Below are positions 1 to 18,019 of a DNA stretch of 40,930 nucleotides, in pieces (position 1 is the stretch's first letter; every line of letters starts with the position of its first letter). The DNA comes from Bigelowiella natans CCMP2755 (Eukaryota; Protista; Cercozoa). The position numbers and the translations under genes were made by a program. The notes under the pieces are model-generated. The model was not told the origin of the DNA, made no database searches, and saw nothing but the letters and a program-made list of their open reading frames with translations. Location: positions 1-40,930 of the forward strand of contig ADNK01002954.1 of assembly GCA_000320545.1 (NCBI GenBank). The letters are read 5' to 3'.

Positions 1-29
1 GCGATATGATCGTGTGTGCTGTTTCGTAG

Positions 30-200
30 GCTGTCGCAGAAATATGGAATATCGAAGCTACGAGATTAAGCATAGGGGGGCATGGCGGCATCGCCACAAT
101 CGAAAGAGGCGCTCAACTAGATATGCGACATAACGTTATCAGAAATGTTGTCGTGACTGGAGACGGCGGCGTAGTACGTGAAGCAATGAAATATCACACA

Positions 201-237
<37 letters not shown>

Positions 238-286
238 TATGTATTAAATATGTGTATAAGAATATAGAAATTTTGCGTTGGGGCGG

Positions 287-328
<42 letters not shown>

Positions 329-958
329 GTGTGTGTGTGCACGCACAAGGATGATATGGTCTTCCATTGCAAACGCACATATGCGACCATGGGGCACACA
401 ACAACAGCATGCCTACTCGCAATAAGGCCTGAACACAACATGACTAGTCTCCTCATTATCAGGTGCATATGTGGGGGGAATCCTCCAAAGCAAATCTAGT
501 AAACATGACAGTTTCTTCCGTCTCTGCGAGATCAGGAGGGATCTCCTGGCTATGGAAGAACACCGTACTGAACATCTCACAAGGCTCGTCCTTCTCCGAC
601 TTCTCCACCGAGACGTTCGGTGGCGGCATCGAAGGGCTGGGGAGCTCGCGCGTGTTGATTGAGAATTCAACGCTCAGCAGCTTGCAGTCGGGTCGCGGTG
701 GGGGCTTCAGCCTCGGAGAGAACGCTTTTGTCATGATGCGGGCCTCCGTGCTGACTGGGGCCACCGCCCAAGGCAAGGGCGGCTTTGCCTTTATGGAAGG
801 CTCGTCAAAGATGTACGTGTCAAATTCCAAGCTCTCTCAGCTCGCTGCCGGGAACGCAGCAGTAGCCATGCTGGAAAACGAGGCGTTCTTGGAGATGAAG
901 GAAACGACTGTGCAACAAGCCCACGGTAGTAGTAGTAGTAGTAGTAGTAGTAGAAGTT

Positions 959-991
<33 letters not shown>

Positions 992-3921
992 AATTAGGAG
1001 TAGTAGCAGTAGTGGTACTAATAGTACTTGCAGTTGTAGTTGAGGTTGTAGCGACAGAATAAAAAACCAAAAAAAAGAGAAGAAGGAGACTTCGTTGGTT
1101 AGGAAGCTAGCAACGTAACAGCGGGGGGGTTGTTGGCGGTCTATAAATAGCTATTGTAGCAGGATAATCATCTATATGTCCGCACAGCGCTTGAGTGCGG
1201 CAGCAATAGAAACAAATTAAGAACAAAGGCGACATGGCCCTGCTCCTTTCAACACGCGTCATCGCATTTTATCGCTTGCATCGCCCGTGCTTCCCTTGAT
1301 GACTGCCTCCACGATGCCTCATTTTCCTTCTTCTTCTACCTCTTCTTCTTCTTCTTTTTCTTCTTTTTCCCTGCTGTAACAGGGGATAGTGTGTCTGCAG
1401 GGCTTTGGCTCATCGAACAATCCTCCACTCACCTCGTCGGCCTCCATGCGGAGCAGTGTAGCCTTCCGGCACCAACCCCACAATCATCCATTGCACTTAC
1501 GCGGGGTTTCTTATTAGTCGGAGGGACCGCACGGGCGATCGCGTCACGCTGCTCGTTTAAAAGCATGGAGGCGGCTAGTGCTGTCGGTTGCTACGGTAAA
1601 GGTTCTTTGGACATCTCAGACAGCATCTTCGAAAGCAACCATGGGGGCTTGGCGGGCGGTGCTTTACGCCTCAGCACCTACGGTAGCGTGGAGATAAAGC
1701 GATCAATCTTCACCAGAAATGCCGCCACCGAATGTGGAGGTGCGATCCTGTATATGGATGATGGTGATGGGAACAATGCAAGCAGTCTGATGGCTGACAA
1801 CACCCGCTATATCCTTCACGATTTGCGATTTTTCTCGAACACAGCTAAGAAGGGTGGTGCGCTATGTCGCGCTGGTTTAGCGTTTTATCCGTCCCTTCCC
1901 GTGGATATTATGAACTCGCACTTTGAGAACAACACTGCCTCGGGTGATGCGGGGGGGGCAGCATACCTCCTAGGTGGGAAGGCGGACATCTTCAACTGCT
2001 CCTTTCTAGGCAACACGGCTGCGCGCACAGGAGGCGCGGTGCAGCTTCATTCATCGTTCGGGGCCAACATCTCGAATTCCAACTTCACCGGGAACACTGC
2101 TAGAGGGGACACGACGATGACGTCGGCTTCATCTAGAAGCTTTGACAGCTTCGCCGCCGGGGGTGCACTCTACATCTCCGACGCTAACGACTCGCTATCG
2201 TCCTCCGGCAGCCAAGCACCCCCCTCGGGAGGGGGGGAAAGCGCAATTGTGCGGATCACGCGGACGGTGTTTCAAGGCAACATCGCGCAGCTAGGGTTGG
2301 GTGGTTCGATCTACTGGAATACACTTCCATCGAAGCCGATGATGCTGCCGGGGAATACCTTTTCGGGGAATCATAACGGTGCCACTAATGTTGGCAGCCG
2401 TGACGGTTTAACCACCTCCTCCACCTCTTCCGCCTCCTCCACTACCTCCATCAGTGGAGACGGCACTTCTATCGCCAGTGGGCCTTACCGATTGTGGTGG
2501 AATGTCTCGAGTCTCCGAGCAGATTCAAACTCAATTTGGAATTCTAGCGCTGAGGTGAAGCTCGAGGACTTCTACGGGCAGCAAATGCGGCTTGAAAACT
2601 TGAATGTAGTACATCTGGTCAGCCCGAATGCCAGATTCTCATTTGGGTCGCAGACATTCCAAGATGGTGCGGCGTGTTTTGGCCAGACATGCGCGAACGC
2701 CATCAATTCGGGGGGGACCACAGTAGTGTCTGGTATCCCAAACACAACGACGTCCATCATCGCGACGACGATAATTACGTGGGAGGGCCGCGATGGCGTC
2801 TCCCGATCCTACACGCTGAGCACCTCGACTTCTGAGCTGCACATCAACGCGTGCCGCCGGGGACAGACAATTGGCTTGAGGCTGTGCGAGAACTGCCCCG
2901 CAGGTTCATATCAACCACGGGTTCCATCGAGTTACGACGCTGTACCGGCGACATGCATCAGTTGCCCTGCCGGGAAGGTCGCGCCATCAGCTGCTATGGC
3001 CCGATGCAATACATGCCAGATGGGTGAGGATCGTGTCATCACCACAACAAAATGGGGATGTCGCTCCGTTCAAACACACCGATATTCTTTGGTCCGAGAC
3101 AGGGACTTACGTCCTGTCTCGGAACAAAGGAGCACACTATGTTTCAATTGTTCCCTCATATGTATCGAGAGGAGGCATCTTCTTTGCTATGCTATTCGTA
3201 GAAGGGGTAGAGGTAAAGGCAGGGTTAACGTACCGGAAAAATTGCAGGGCAGTATTTTGAGGTTCGGGGGGCTGTTGTTCCTAGACTCTACGACACGAAC
3301 ATAAACGCGTGAGCGCAGTCGCTACTTTTAAGCGAATTTTTTTTGTAGTTTCCAAAGTGCCATCTTGGCTGGTTTATTATGCAACTACATTGTATGCGGC
3401 CTGCTTGTGTGGGGTGGTGGTAATGGTGATTGGTATGCTGTCCTTTCCGTTGATGTTCAAACTTTGCCTCTGTTACTTTTGCTTCCCTTTCTGCTATGCT
3501 GCATGCCAGGATTCGTTTCAAGTACAAGCGGGCAGACAGAATGTGTGCAATGTCGGCCAAACTACATTCCAAACATAAACTCAACGGAATGTCTCGCATG
3601 CACGCAGAATGCTCGCGTTCTGGAAGGCACGCGCCAGTGCCTGTGTGTGAACGGATATTTTGCAAAAACCAGCGAGACGGATGATCTCGGCAACCCAGAA
3701 ACTTGCTATGATTGCCCTCCAGGTGTACGGAGATCTGTAATATGCGTTTGTGTGTGTGTGTGTGTGTGTAAGTGTGCTGTTGCGTGCATTACACACTCGC
3801 ACGAAATCAAAATCACATATTTTGATCTGTATAAGCATTTATATCTCGTCTTGCACCGATTATAAATTCATAATCCTAGCATGATTCGCACATAGATGAT
3901 CGCAGACAAATATACGCCACT

Positions 3922-3967
<46 letters not shown>

Positions 3968-6528
3968 ACATATTATCAGGCGCTTTGTGCTCGGAAGATG
4001 GCAACGTGGATGTCAATGTGACAAACAAGCAAGGCTTCTGGCGGGATATATGGGACAGCAATGTGCGATTCGTCAAGTGTCCTGTACCAGCCGCTTGCTC
4101 TGAAGGAGGCTACGATATTCGGAATCGAAACGGCGTGAGTAACAGTAACAGCAGCAGCAGTAGCAGTAGCGGAGACGCACAGAAGTGCCAAGAGGGCTAC
4201 GAGGGGAACTTATGCACCGAGTGCGCGGAGGGATACGGGCGACTTAATGAATTCGAATGCCAGAAATGCCCAAGCTCTCCCTTGCTCAACTATTTGCGCA
4301 TCTTCGGCGCATTTGTTCTCATCGTGCTAGTGTCGCTAGTGCTGACGTCGATGAATATTACGGCGTCGGAAGACGCACTCTTCCACGAGCGACCAACGGC
4401 GGCTAGTCGGCGCTCAAAACTGACGAAGATCTTCCTCTCAGCGATGCAGTTCGTTGCGATAGCTGGGTCTTTCGAGTTCCAATGGCCTCCGGCGATCCGA
4501 TCGTTGTTGACCGTGCAGGCGGCGACAGGGAACGCTCCACAGGCGCTGCTAAATGTGGACTGCGCGATGATGAATGTAAACACAGGAGTTCAGCCGTTTT
4601 ATATCAAGTGCCTTATCTTAGCGCTCGTGCCGCTCTTGATCCCTGTCTTGGCCAAGCTATCTCTCTGGATGCATGCCAGGATTTCGGCTCTCACGGCGTG
4701 CGTATTTGGGGAGGAGAGTGAGCCAGAATCGATGGGACGGCGAGAAGATACAAAGGGAGAGACAGGTAGGGAGAGTTTCTCTCAGCCCCCAACGATGGAC
4801 GCCATGATGATCAGAAAGATGAATGACGGGCGGTACAAAACCGCGGCGATTTCCCTGTTCTTCTCGCTCTATCCATCAATCACTCTCCAAGCCTTTCAGC
4901 TCTTCAAATGCCGCAACTTCAGTGGGAACAACGATCCGGACGGGTACCTTCTCATCGCGGATATGCATGAGAGGTGTCACACGGGCATGCACATCGCCAT
5001 GCTGTTTTCCCTTGGCTTGCCAATGGTTTTATGCTACGTTATCGGGTTCCCAGTTCTTTGCGCGGTGCTGCTTCGCCGGGGGAAAGATAAGATCCCAAAT
5101 GTGCTGCGAAAGCGCGGTTACCTATTCACCTCCAAGCGCGACCGCATTGTGGTGCTCCTAAAGTCCATGCCGCTCTTTCTACTCTTCAACGGTTACAAGG
5201 GAAATTATTACCTGTACGAGGTAGTTGTCCTTCTTCGCAAGGTCTTCATCGTCGCCATAGCTGTGTTCTTCGAGGACAAGCAGGTGCAGGCGCTCTTGGC
5301 GATTCTGCTGGTTGTGGTTTCGCTCTGCCTGCACATTAGACTCCAGCCTTACGACAACGACGAAGCCAACTTCCTCGATGGGGCTGGCATGGTGACATGT
5401 TTTCTGACATTTTTCCTGGGAAGTTTCTTGTACGTCGACGTGTCCTTCGAAATCATGATCATGATTTCGTTTGTAATCCTTTTGGCCAACGTACTCTTCA
5501 TCTCAGTCTCCGTGTGGTACATCCTGCGAACGGTTCTCTTGGGAAACAAAGAGGAGGAGGAAGAGGAGGAGGAGGGAGGGGAAAGCATGCTAGATGTTGT
5601 AGTAGCAGGATCAATAGTGAATAATGGCTACCGAGAAGAAAAAGCAAATACGGATGAGAATGACATCGGTGTTCGTAGCTACAAGGGCAGCGACATCAGC
5701 GACATCCCAAACGCCAGAATCATACGAAGGCTGAGCCAGCGAAACATGAACATTCCCCAAGCGTTCCCTGACAGCTCCATTCAACTGCCAACGATTACGA
5801 GCTTGCATGAGAGGAGAGAGAAGAAGAAGAACAAGGAGAAGAGCAAGAAGAATACGGCAGGCCCTATTTTGTATCCCGCAGCACGTAGTACAGTCTCGAT
5901 TAGATCCCTAGTCAATGCAGATACTATTTCTGGTCGGGAAGATGTTATCCAAGGTGAGATTCTCCCTCCCCCATCGCAGAAAAGGGGAGTGGAGAACGTG
6001 TATAGGAACAAGGACACGATAGAGGCTCACTTGGCAGTCGCTGCAGATGTTTCGATAAGTGACAGCCCCGATGCCATGAGTTCCTTCTTGAAGAATAGCT
6101 CACTCAATCTCAGTCGCCTAGCACTACGGCAACAGAAAGCGAATCGCTCCTCTTTTGATGAAGCATTGGACGAGAAGAACGTGTCATCACGCGATCAAGA
6201 GCGCACTGATGGACAAGAGCCTGAAGATGCTGCTAGTTCCATTACAAGGAACAAGAGCCGTTTCCGGCCCACACAAAGTCTCACTATTGATCGAGGAGGC
6301 GTGTCGGTGGCGAATGAGTCGATCAGTAATATGATTTCTGATCCATTGCAAGGGCTGGTTTCAGGGACAAAAGAGGGAAAGATCAGTGCGACGTTTCACC
6401 AGGATAGTAGTAGTAGTAGTGGTAGTGGTCAGCCTGCACTTGTACAGGTAGACCTAATGAGTAGCAGCAGTAGCAGCAGCGGCAGAAGTAGCAGAAGTAG
6501 TAGTAGTGATAGTAGTCACGTATTGTAG
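30..6528 (+). CDS. Large surface/membrane protein: Pmp-like (pectin-lyase-fold) repeats + GCC2/GCC3-type Cys-rich repeats + C-terminal multi-pass TM region; 5' end outside window
   Basis: Phase-compatible exons 30-173, 463-925, 1383-3023, 3510-3722 and 3980-6528 with GT..AG borders. Repeated GGA(I/L/V) and FxxN motifs (FESNHGGLAGGAL, FTRNAATECGGAI, FENNTASGDAGGAA). CENCPAGSY/CISCPAGK/CYDCPPG repeats and CQEGYEGNLCTEC, then about 7-9 hydrophobic helices and a low-complexity tail. Confidence 0.85.
196..340. repeat. (CA)n then (TG)n microsatellites in an intron
   Basis: Directly visible at about 196-235 and 288-340; the two tracts are mutually complementary. Confidence 0.95.
926..990. repeat. 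(GTA)n microsatellite starting at a splice donor
   Basis: gtagtagtagt... begins at the predicted donor at 926. Confidence 0.9.
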
Positions 6529-7324
6529 AATTGACTTCAACATTATATGCCGCGATTTTTACTACCACGAGATTCTAAAGCACGTTGATTACGTTCATAC
6601 CAGCAGCTGAAAGTATACCTATAGTCTTCAGCTCTCTGGTTTATTACAACGCAGGGAATAGAAATAGAGAGAACTTGATCTTGGAGCGCCTGATCCCGTC
6701 CTAGGTCATCCTATAAGCGCAAAAAAGGTTTTGTACCCATTAGAATTCCAAGATTAATTGGGAACCTACTCTACTTTTTACCGCCCAGAGTAATGCCGTT
6801 TATGTAGAAAGTGTTTATAAAATCATTCATGGAGCATGTGTCTTCAGGCTTTGTCCATCACTTGTATGCATTCGCATTATTTTTGTCCATGTTTGTGCAA
6901 TTCGGTCATGTTCTCATCAAGTGCATCCATCTCTGCCCATGTGAGCAGAATCCTGCGCAACGTGTGTGCACCTGCACATCCTTCATGTGGACGCGCGCTC
7001 AGGCACGTGAGCTTTCCACCCAATTGTGGCTTGAGATGTTGTGCGCAAGAGGGAAAGGCTAATTGGCCATTTGACACCATGAAAGAGTGCACATGCACGT
7101 GGCTATTGTGTGGATGGGCCATTATGAGACCAAAGCCTGTCCTGAAGCGTGCATAGCCAAACATTCATAATGCGATGTCTGGCCGTACTAGCATAGTGAT
7201 TGACAACTCTCACGCTTGCCACACACACAGTGCAATGTGACACACCGCTGTCGTATTCACCCTTGAACATGCGTCGCCCTTGCCAGCGACGCTTGCCAAT
7301 GGGGACGTGCCGAACGCCCATTCG

Positions 7325-7560
7325 CACAGCGCTAGAATGAGATCACATTTCCTGCGCTAGCGTTGTACTGTGTGACTCATGTTATTCATGGCACATGCTG
7401 TGCATGCGTGCATGCGACGACGTACTGCCAGCCACACACACAAATGGACTTGATCGTCATTCGCGCGCGCATGTAAACCTCAAGCCTGCCACGACGTCAC
7501 AAGATCATGCTCCTGGTTCAATATGTCAAGGCTATGTGACAACTTAGCATGCAGCATCAC
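7325..7560. other. GCATGC/GCTAGC-rich tract between convergent genes (candidate 3'-end element)
   Basis: gcgctagcg, catggcacatgctgtgcatgcgtgcatgcg, gcgcgcgcatg, tagcatgcagc; lies between the gene 1 stop (6528) and the DUF3228 stop (7687). Confidence 0.55.
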
Positions 7561-7686
7561 GATTGTATGTATGCCCGAGATGGTCTATTTACAGGCCGCC
7601 GCACTGACCTCCATTCATTCAAGACATTCTTTGCAGCCATCGGTGTTGGAATAACAGCAGTTAATGTGTACGGACAGAGATATTGA

Positions 7687-9832
7687 TCACTGAATCGGAG
7701 CATACTCCGACCTGTTATACACAAGAACAAGATATAAGGAGAGCTACTAGGTACTGATACGACGCTCCTTTCCCAATTAAACAACCCGTATATTCGACAA
7801 ACGTTATTGTCGCCGTAAGTATTCATTTATGCACATGCACGAGAACTCGAAATCAAAATTGCGCACCAGAAAGCCACAGCATCTTTGTATTTATCTCTGT
7901 TCATTTGGACCCCGCTTCCGCCTTCCTCTTTTCCGAGTGCGTTCCGCATCATTGTGATTGGTTGCATGGGAGTCTCATATCTAACACACGCCAAGAGAAC
8001 GGATGTGTACAGACATACATAGACACACGTGCGTGCGTATGTGCATGCTGCGTCTATCTGTATGTATGTGTGTAAAGTGTGTGTGCGTGAAATGATAATT
8101 TTCTCTCAAAAAGAAGGAAGTACACTCCAATTATGTGTTGCTAAAGTACGGGAAATCTGTTGGTTTCACGCTGACGATGCCCCATGGCGCTTCTTCCTGG
8201 TATGATGGATCATCGCCTTTCGCTTCCCTTTTATTGGTGCAACGGTGTTTCAACTCTCGATTTTCATTCTTCTATGCAAAATGACGGTATAATGGCAGTT
8301 TTTGGGGTCCCCCCGTCCCCTCGAGAATTTTATCGAAGTGTATTTTGTGACACCACCTTTCTTTCCTGATTTGCTCTCTAGAATAGAGGATAATGTCGAG
8401 ATATTTGGCTTGCGGAGGCTGTTGTTGAAGGGCCGATTTCGGGAACCAGCGTGTGAGAACTGGCAACTCCTATCATACACACACACACACACACACACAC
8501 ACAGCAATGCGTGTACGCGGTGTGTATGTGGCTGGGTGAAGAAAGTAGCATGCACTTATCATAATTAATGGCATTATAGAATAAAATTTCCAAAACTGGC
8601 CAAGGGGAGGACATTTATCGCTGCGACAATGGCGAAGAGAACGACGGTAGTAACGATAACCCATTCATATTCTTCATATTCCTATCAATTACGTGAGATC
8701 ATAATGATATATATTCACCTTCTCAGTCCTGGCCTGGTATCCTGAACGAAGCAGATGTTCGTTTTCTCCTGTGATTTTCACCGCACCAGAGCCTGTAGCG
8801 TGTTATTGTTATCCCGTTGTGCGTTAGTACGTGTCGTGCATCACTTAAAAGGAATTATGTGACGAGTAGGTCGAATTACACATAGTATTGCAAAAGGTCT
8901 GTTCTTATGAAACAGTAATATAATCGCAACAGCATTTGTACTACTAGATACGTTGCACATATGAGAATATACAGAAGTATCATTACAATTTAGTCTCATA
9001 GGACGATGTGTGGTGTCTACTACTGGCAGGAGTGAAGTTAGGGACGAAAAGATGCTTGCAGAAAGGAGCATATCCGTCAACGAGCTTCTTGCCTCCTGTT
9101 TTATGTAGTCGTTGTTCGTTTGTTAGGGAAAGAATGTACAAATGTATGGAGGAGAATTCTTGTTGGGTTGACCAATTCGTATCTGTTCTTCAAGTTCCTC
9201 CTCCTCCTCCCCCCCTTCTCTGAAGCACCACTATCACCTTCTTCATACAGCGCATTAATCCTCTTCACGAAGTCGGCTGCATCATGGTCGATGGGGCTCG
9301 AGCTGCTTCCGTCAGGCTTGAACTGCCTTTCTGCGAATGGATCCAGCACGATATCGTTTCCAGTCTAATTTACATCAAAATTTTTATTCGGACGGTGATA
9401 GAATGAGGGAACACTTGGTGGTGATGAAAAAACGGGTGTCCTACTGTGGCCGCCGCCGTAGTCGACTCGGCCTCTGCAGATGCTCGGGATCCGCTTCCAC
9501 CACTCAGTTTGGTGAACATCCTTCGTCTTCGAACCCCACCATCTGTCAGTCTTGACCTCCAAAACCCTCTCGAAACAGCTAGATCACCTCCCCTCCGTGC
9601 AGTGAAGAGAAGCGTTCGTGCTGGAGTGCTCAGGGCGCACAGCATGGTAGCCACAGCGACGGACATAGCAGTTGTCAAAGCTGTCACAGCGCTCTCAGGT
9701 CTAGTCCAAAAATAACCTAAATTATTAGTATGACGACAAGAATCTGTTTGATGATGGAGTTGTCGCACCTTCGAAATAGCACACTGCGGAAAAAGTCCCG
9801 TATGGGCCGAATTGCAAAGAAAAGCAGGCCAT
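7687..9832 (-). CDS. DUF3228 family protein with N-terminal targeting-like extension
   Basis: Spliced exons give LDPFAERQF...DFVKRIN, LVDGYAPFCKHLFVPNFT, ITGENEHLLRSGYQARTEKELPVLTRWFP, AKYLDIILYSREQIRKE, PWGIVSVK, ETPMQPITMMRNALGKEEGGSGV and AFWSEYAPIQ* (last exon 7687-7711), matching the DUF3228 signature. The start at 9832 is inferred; an internal Met (MSVAVATM) is possible. Confidence 0.85.
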
Positions 9833-10076
9833 ATTTCTTTTTACTTCTCCATGAGCTAGTTATTAATTGTCAGATACAATTGGCCTGCGTTTCGCCCGAG
9901 ATCCCGGTCGAAAGCCAGGGATATTTCTAAACTAAAAGAGCGGGGTGCGCGGTCGGCCATTCCTTGGGAATACTTCCTGTGTCATGGAAATTCTGCCGAC
10001 TAAAACAGAAAATGCCCGTGGTTTCGGTCTCCGAGACCTCGGAGATCGGTCTTAAATCTCCTACAACCCGTTGAGA
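9833..10076. promoter_or_regulatory. Bidirectional promoter with a near-perfect palindrome at 10025-10048
   Basis: 244-bp gap between divergent ATGs; cggtctccgag-ac-ctcggagatcg inverted repeat with one mismatch; ggaaatt motif. Confidence 0.5.
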
Positions 10077-15767
<5,691 letters not shown>

Positions 15768-16124
15768 GCGACGACAACGATGGTGTTATCCGTGCTCGAG
15801 CACAAAACTGCTTCTCTTCTTCTGAACATAGATGGTCTCGATCGAAATTCTGAATCAACTACTACAACTACACTACTGCTACCACTACAAAACATTCTGG
15901 ATATAGCTACCTTGCTGTAGGGGATCGGACGTTTTCGGTGCCAATTACCTCATCGTTCACCTGCTACAACAGAGCAGGAGACAAATGCTGTCACTAAATG
16001 AGTAAGCGCTGAAGAAAATGATGGCGAACACTAACACTTCGATGATGTGAAAAGAGTATTGATTAGTACGTCGAACCATAAGGCAAATGTAGAGCTTTTC
16101 GTTCAATAATCATTTCTTCAAATG

Positions 16125-16330
16125 TGGATGCTAGCACTAGAGCATGCTGCATGCACATGTGCGTGCTAGCGTGGCGCACCACTCTCTAGCTCTGGTGCAC
16201 GGCGGTGCGTGCGTGGGATGCTAACTTGCTAGCTAGCCAGCAGTGCATGATGCATCGTGCTAGTAGACAGCTAGGTCTGTTGAGTCCATCATGGCGCTAT
16301 GTGCTGACAGCATGTGGGACAGCGTGCTCT
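16125..16330. other. GCATGC/GCTAGC-rich tract downstream of the ankyrin gene
   Basis: atgctagcactagagcatgctgcatgcacatgtgcgtgctagcg ... gctagctagcc ... tgcatgatgcatcgtgctag. Confidence 0.6.
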
Positions 16331-16505
16331 GCAGGGTGATCTAGAGATCAAGGGGGCGGGAATGAGGGTTTTGCGGCTAAAGCTAGAAAGGGGTGTTTTT
16401 TCGCGCGGAGCGCGAAAAATTTTCGGGTGGTTGCAGTGAAGTTTGCAAGTTTCCATTGCAGATTTCACTGAATTTCAGAAAAATGCTCTGTTTTGGCATG
16501 GTGAA

Positions 16506-17994
16506 ATGCGGAAATGGCGCAACGCGCCAAGAGAAGCCATTTCCGCAAGTCAGCTTCGGCCGGCGCGGCGCTCGGCAGGGTCGCAGGGCGCCTGTTTCAC
16601 TACCAGGTCACCTGTGCCCCAAGCTTCACCGAAGCACAGATCTCCCATAGAGAAGAAGTTGTTCCTGGGACCCTTAGGGTTTGACATTATGATCATGATC
16701 GATCACATTTCGGACGCTACTTTTTCACATGTATTGTTAATTCCGTTGATGTGCTTTCAACAGCTCGCCTGAATTGAGGAGGAAAACCTTGCGAAGAGGG
16801 TTGACTCAAAGGGATCTTATTTTTGCTACGGATGAGAAAACCAATGTGCGGTGTAAGAATGGCTACCCGTCGTGGTATGTTCTTATTATAGTAACTTAAT
16901 CTACAACGCTTCTAGTGTTAACAATCGTACGTAGGTGCCGATGTGTAAGAAATACTTATGGCGCCATGATTGATCTTAAGGATGCAAAGGTATTCGACTC
17001 GGGGGAAAGGGGATGAGGAAAACCCTACTTTAATTGAATATTTTATAATCATACTCAGGAGATACTAAATTTATTGATCTTATTCTACGCTCTGGTCGCA
17101 TCGTTCGTCTTTGGAACCATAGTGAACTTCGATTCAACTACATGGCGATCAAGCGATGAAAGGTTTATCCAGTTGATGCTCAATATAACCGCTGCAGAGG
17201 CTACTGCAAGGGTGACGACGATCTATAAGTCCGGGCCTACATTTCATTTAAAAAGCCATGGTTGCTATGAGCTTGAGAGCCGAGGTATTTTAGGTGACTG
17301 AGACAACGAGACCTGTACTGGGAACGATTTCAAACTTCCCTCTTACAACTATTTTGACCACATTTCTACCTCTGCTGCCCTCCTCTTTGCATGCTTAATT
17401 GGTGGGGTTGTCGCCTACACTTGCATAATATTCCTCCCTGGAATGGCTCCGAGCAACAAGGGCTGGAAGTCCTTTTCCGTATTCAACAACACTGCAATGA
17501 TCGCTATCGTTGCAGCGGGCACTTACGGAACCAATGAGTATTTAATAGGCCTCATGTATCTCTACTATACCCTCTTTGGACGAGAAAACATTGGTATCAT
17601 TATCGAGAATTATTATCTAGTTGTTTATCGTTGGATCTTTACTGTCATCTCTGGCTTATCAATATCTGGGTTAGTTTACGCGGCCATCCATTTATATTTC
17701 TTCGAGGATTATCCTACCAATTCGAACAGCATATTCCGACATAGGGTTTTATTGAGGGAATCAGGACTTACGCTAGACAAGTTGATCAAGCATGCTGATG
17801 ACGCGTTGCTGCTCAACGCTATCTTTGAAAGCTCCAAAATCATTTCTCCTGGAGACCGCCTGGAGCTTATATCTATTGTGAAGAACGAAGCAGCTTATAG
17901 AAGGGGCAGGACAGACACAAAAAGCAACCACGAAGATAAGCGTCGACTTAAGGATGTAGCGCAGAGTTATGATAATGATAGGAAGAGCTCTTGA
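16506..17994 (+). CDS. Uncharacterised ~4-TM membrane protein; in-frame TGA at 17299-17301 unless removed by an intron
   Basis: Phase-compatible exons approx. 16506-16678, 16764-16874, 16935-16989 and 17059 onward. ORFs 17074-17301 and 17443-17994 share a frame with only the TGA between them. Hydrophobic segments LLILFYALVASFVFGTIV, AALLFACLIGGVVAYTCIIFL, AMIAIVAAGTYGTNEYLIGLMYL and WIFTVISGLSISGLVYAAIHL. Confidence 0.65.
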
Positions 17995-18019
17995 GATTTC
18001 AAGTACCAATGGCTAAATA

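Noticed and set aside
123-499. ORFs with HTHT/CVCV/RERE/LSLS/YIYI runs, here and throughout the window
   Set aside because: Translations of intronic dinucleotide microsatellites, not proteins.
3024-3304. C-terminal part of ORF 1391-3304 as a true protein end
   Set aside because: Read-through into an intron after the donor at 3024; the gene continues through downstream exons.
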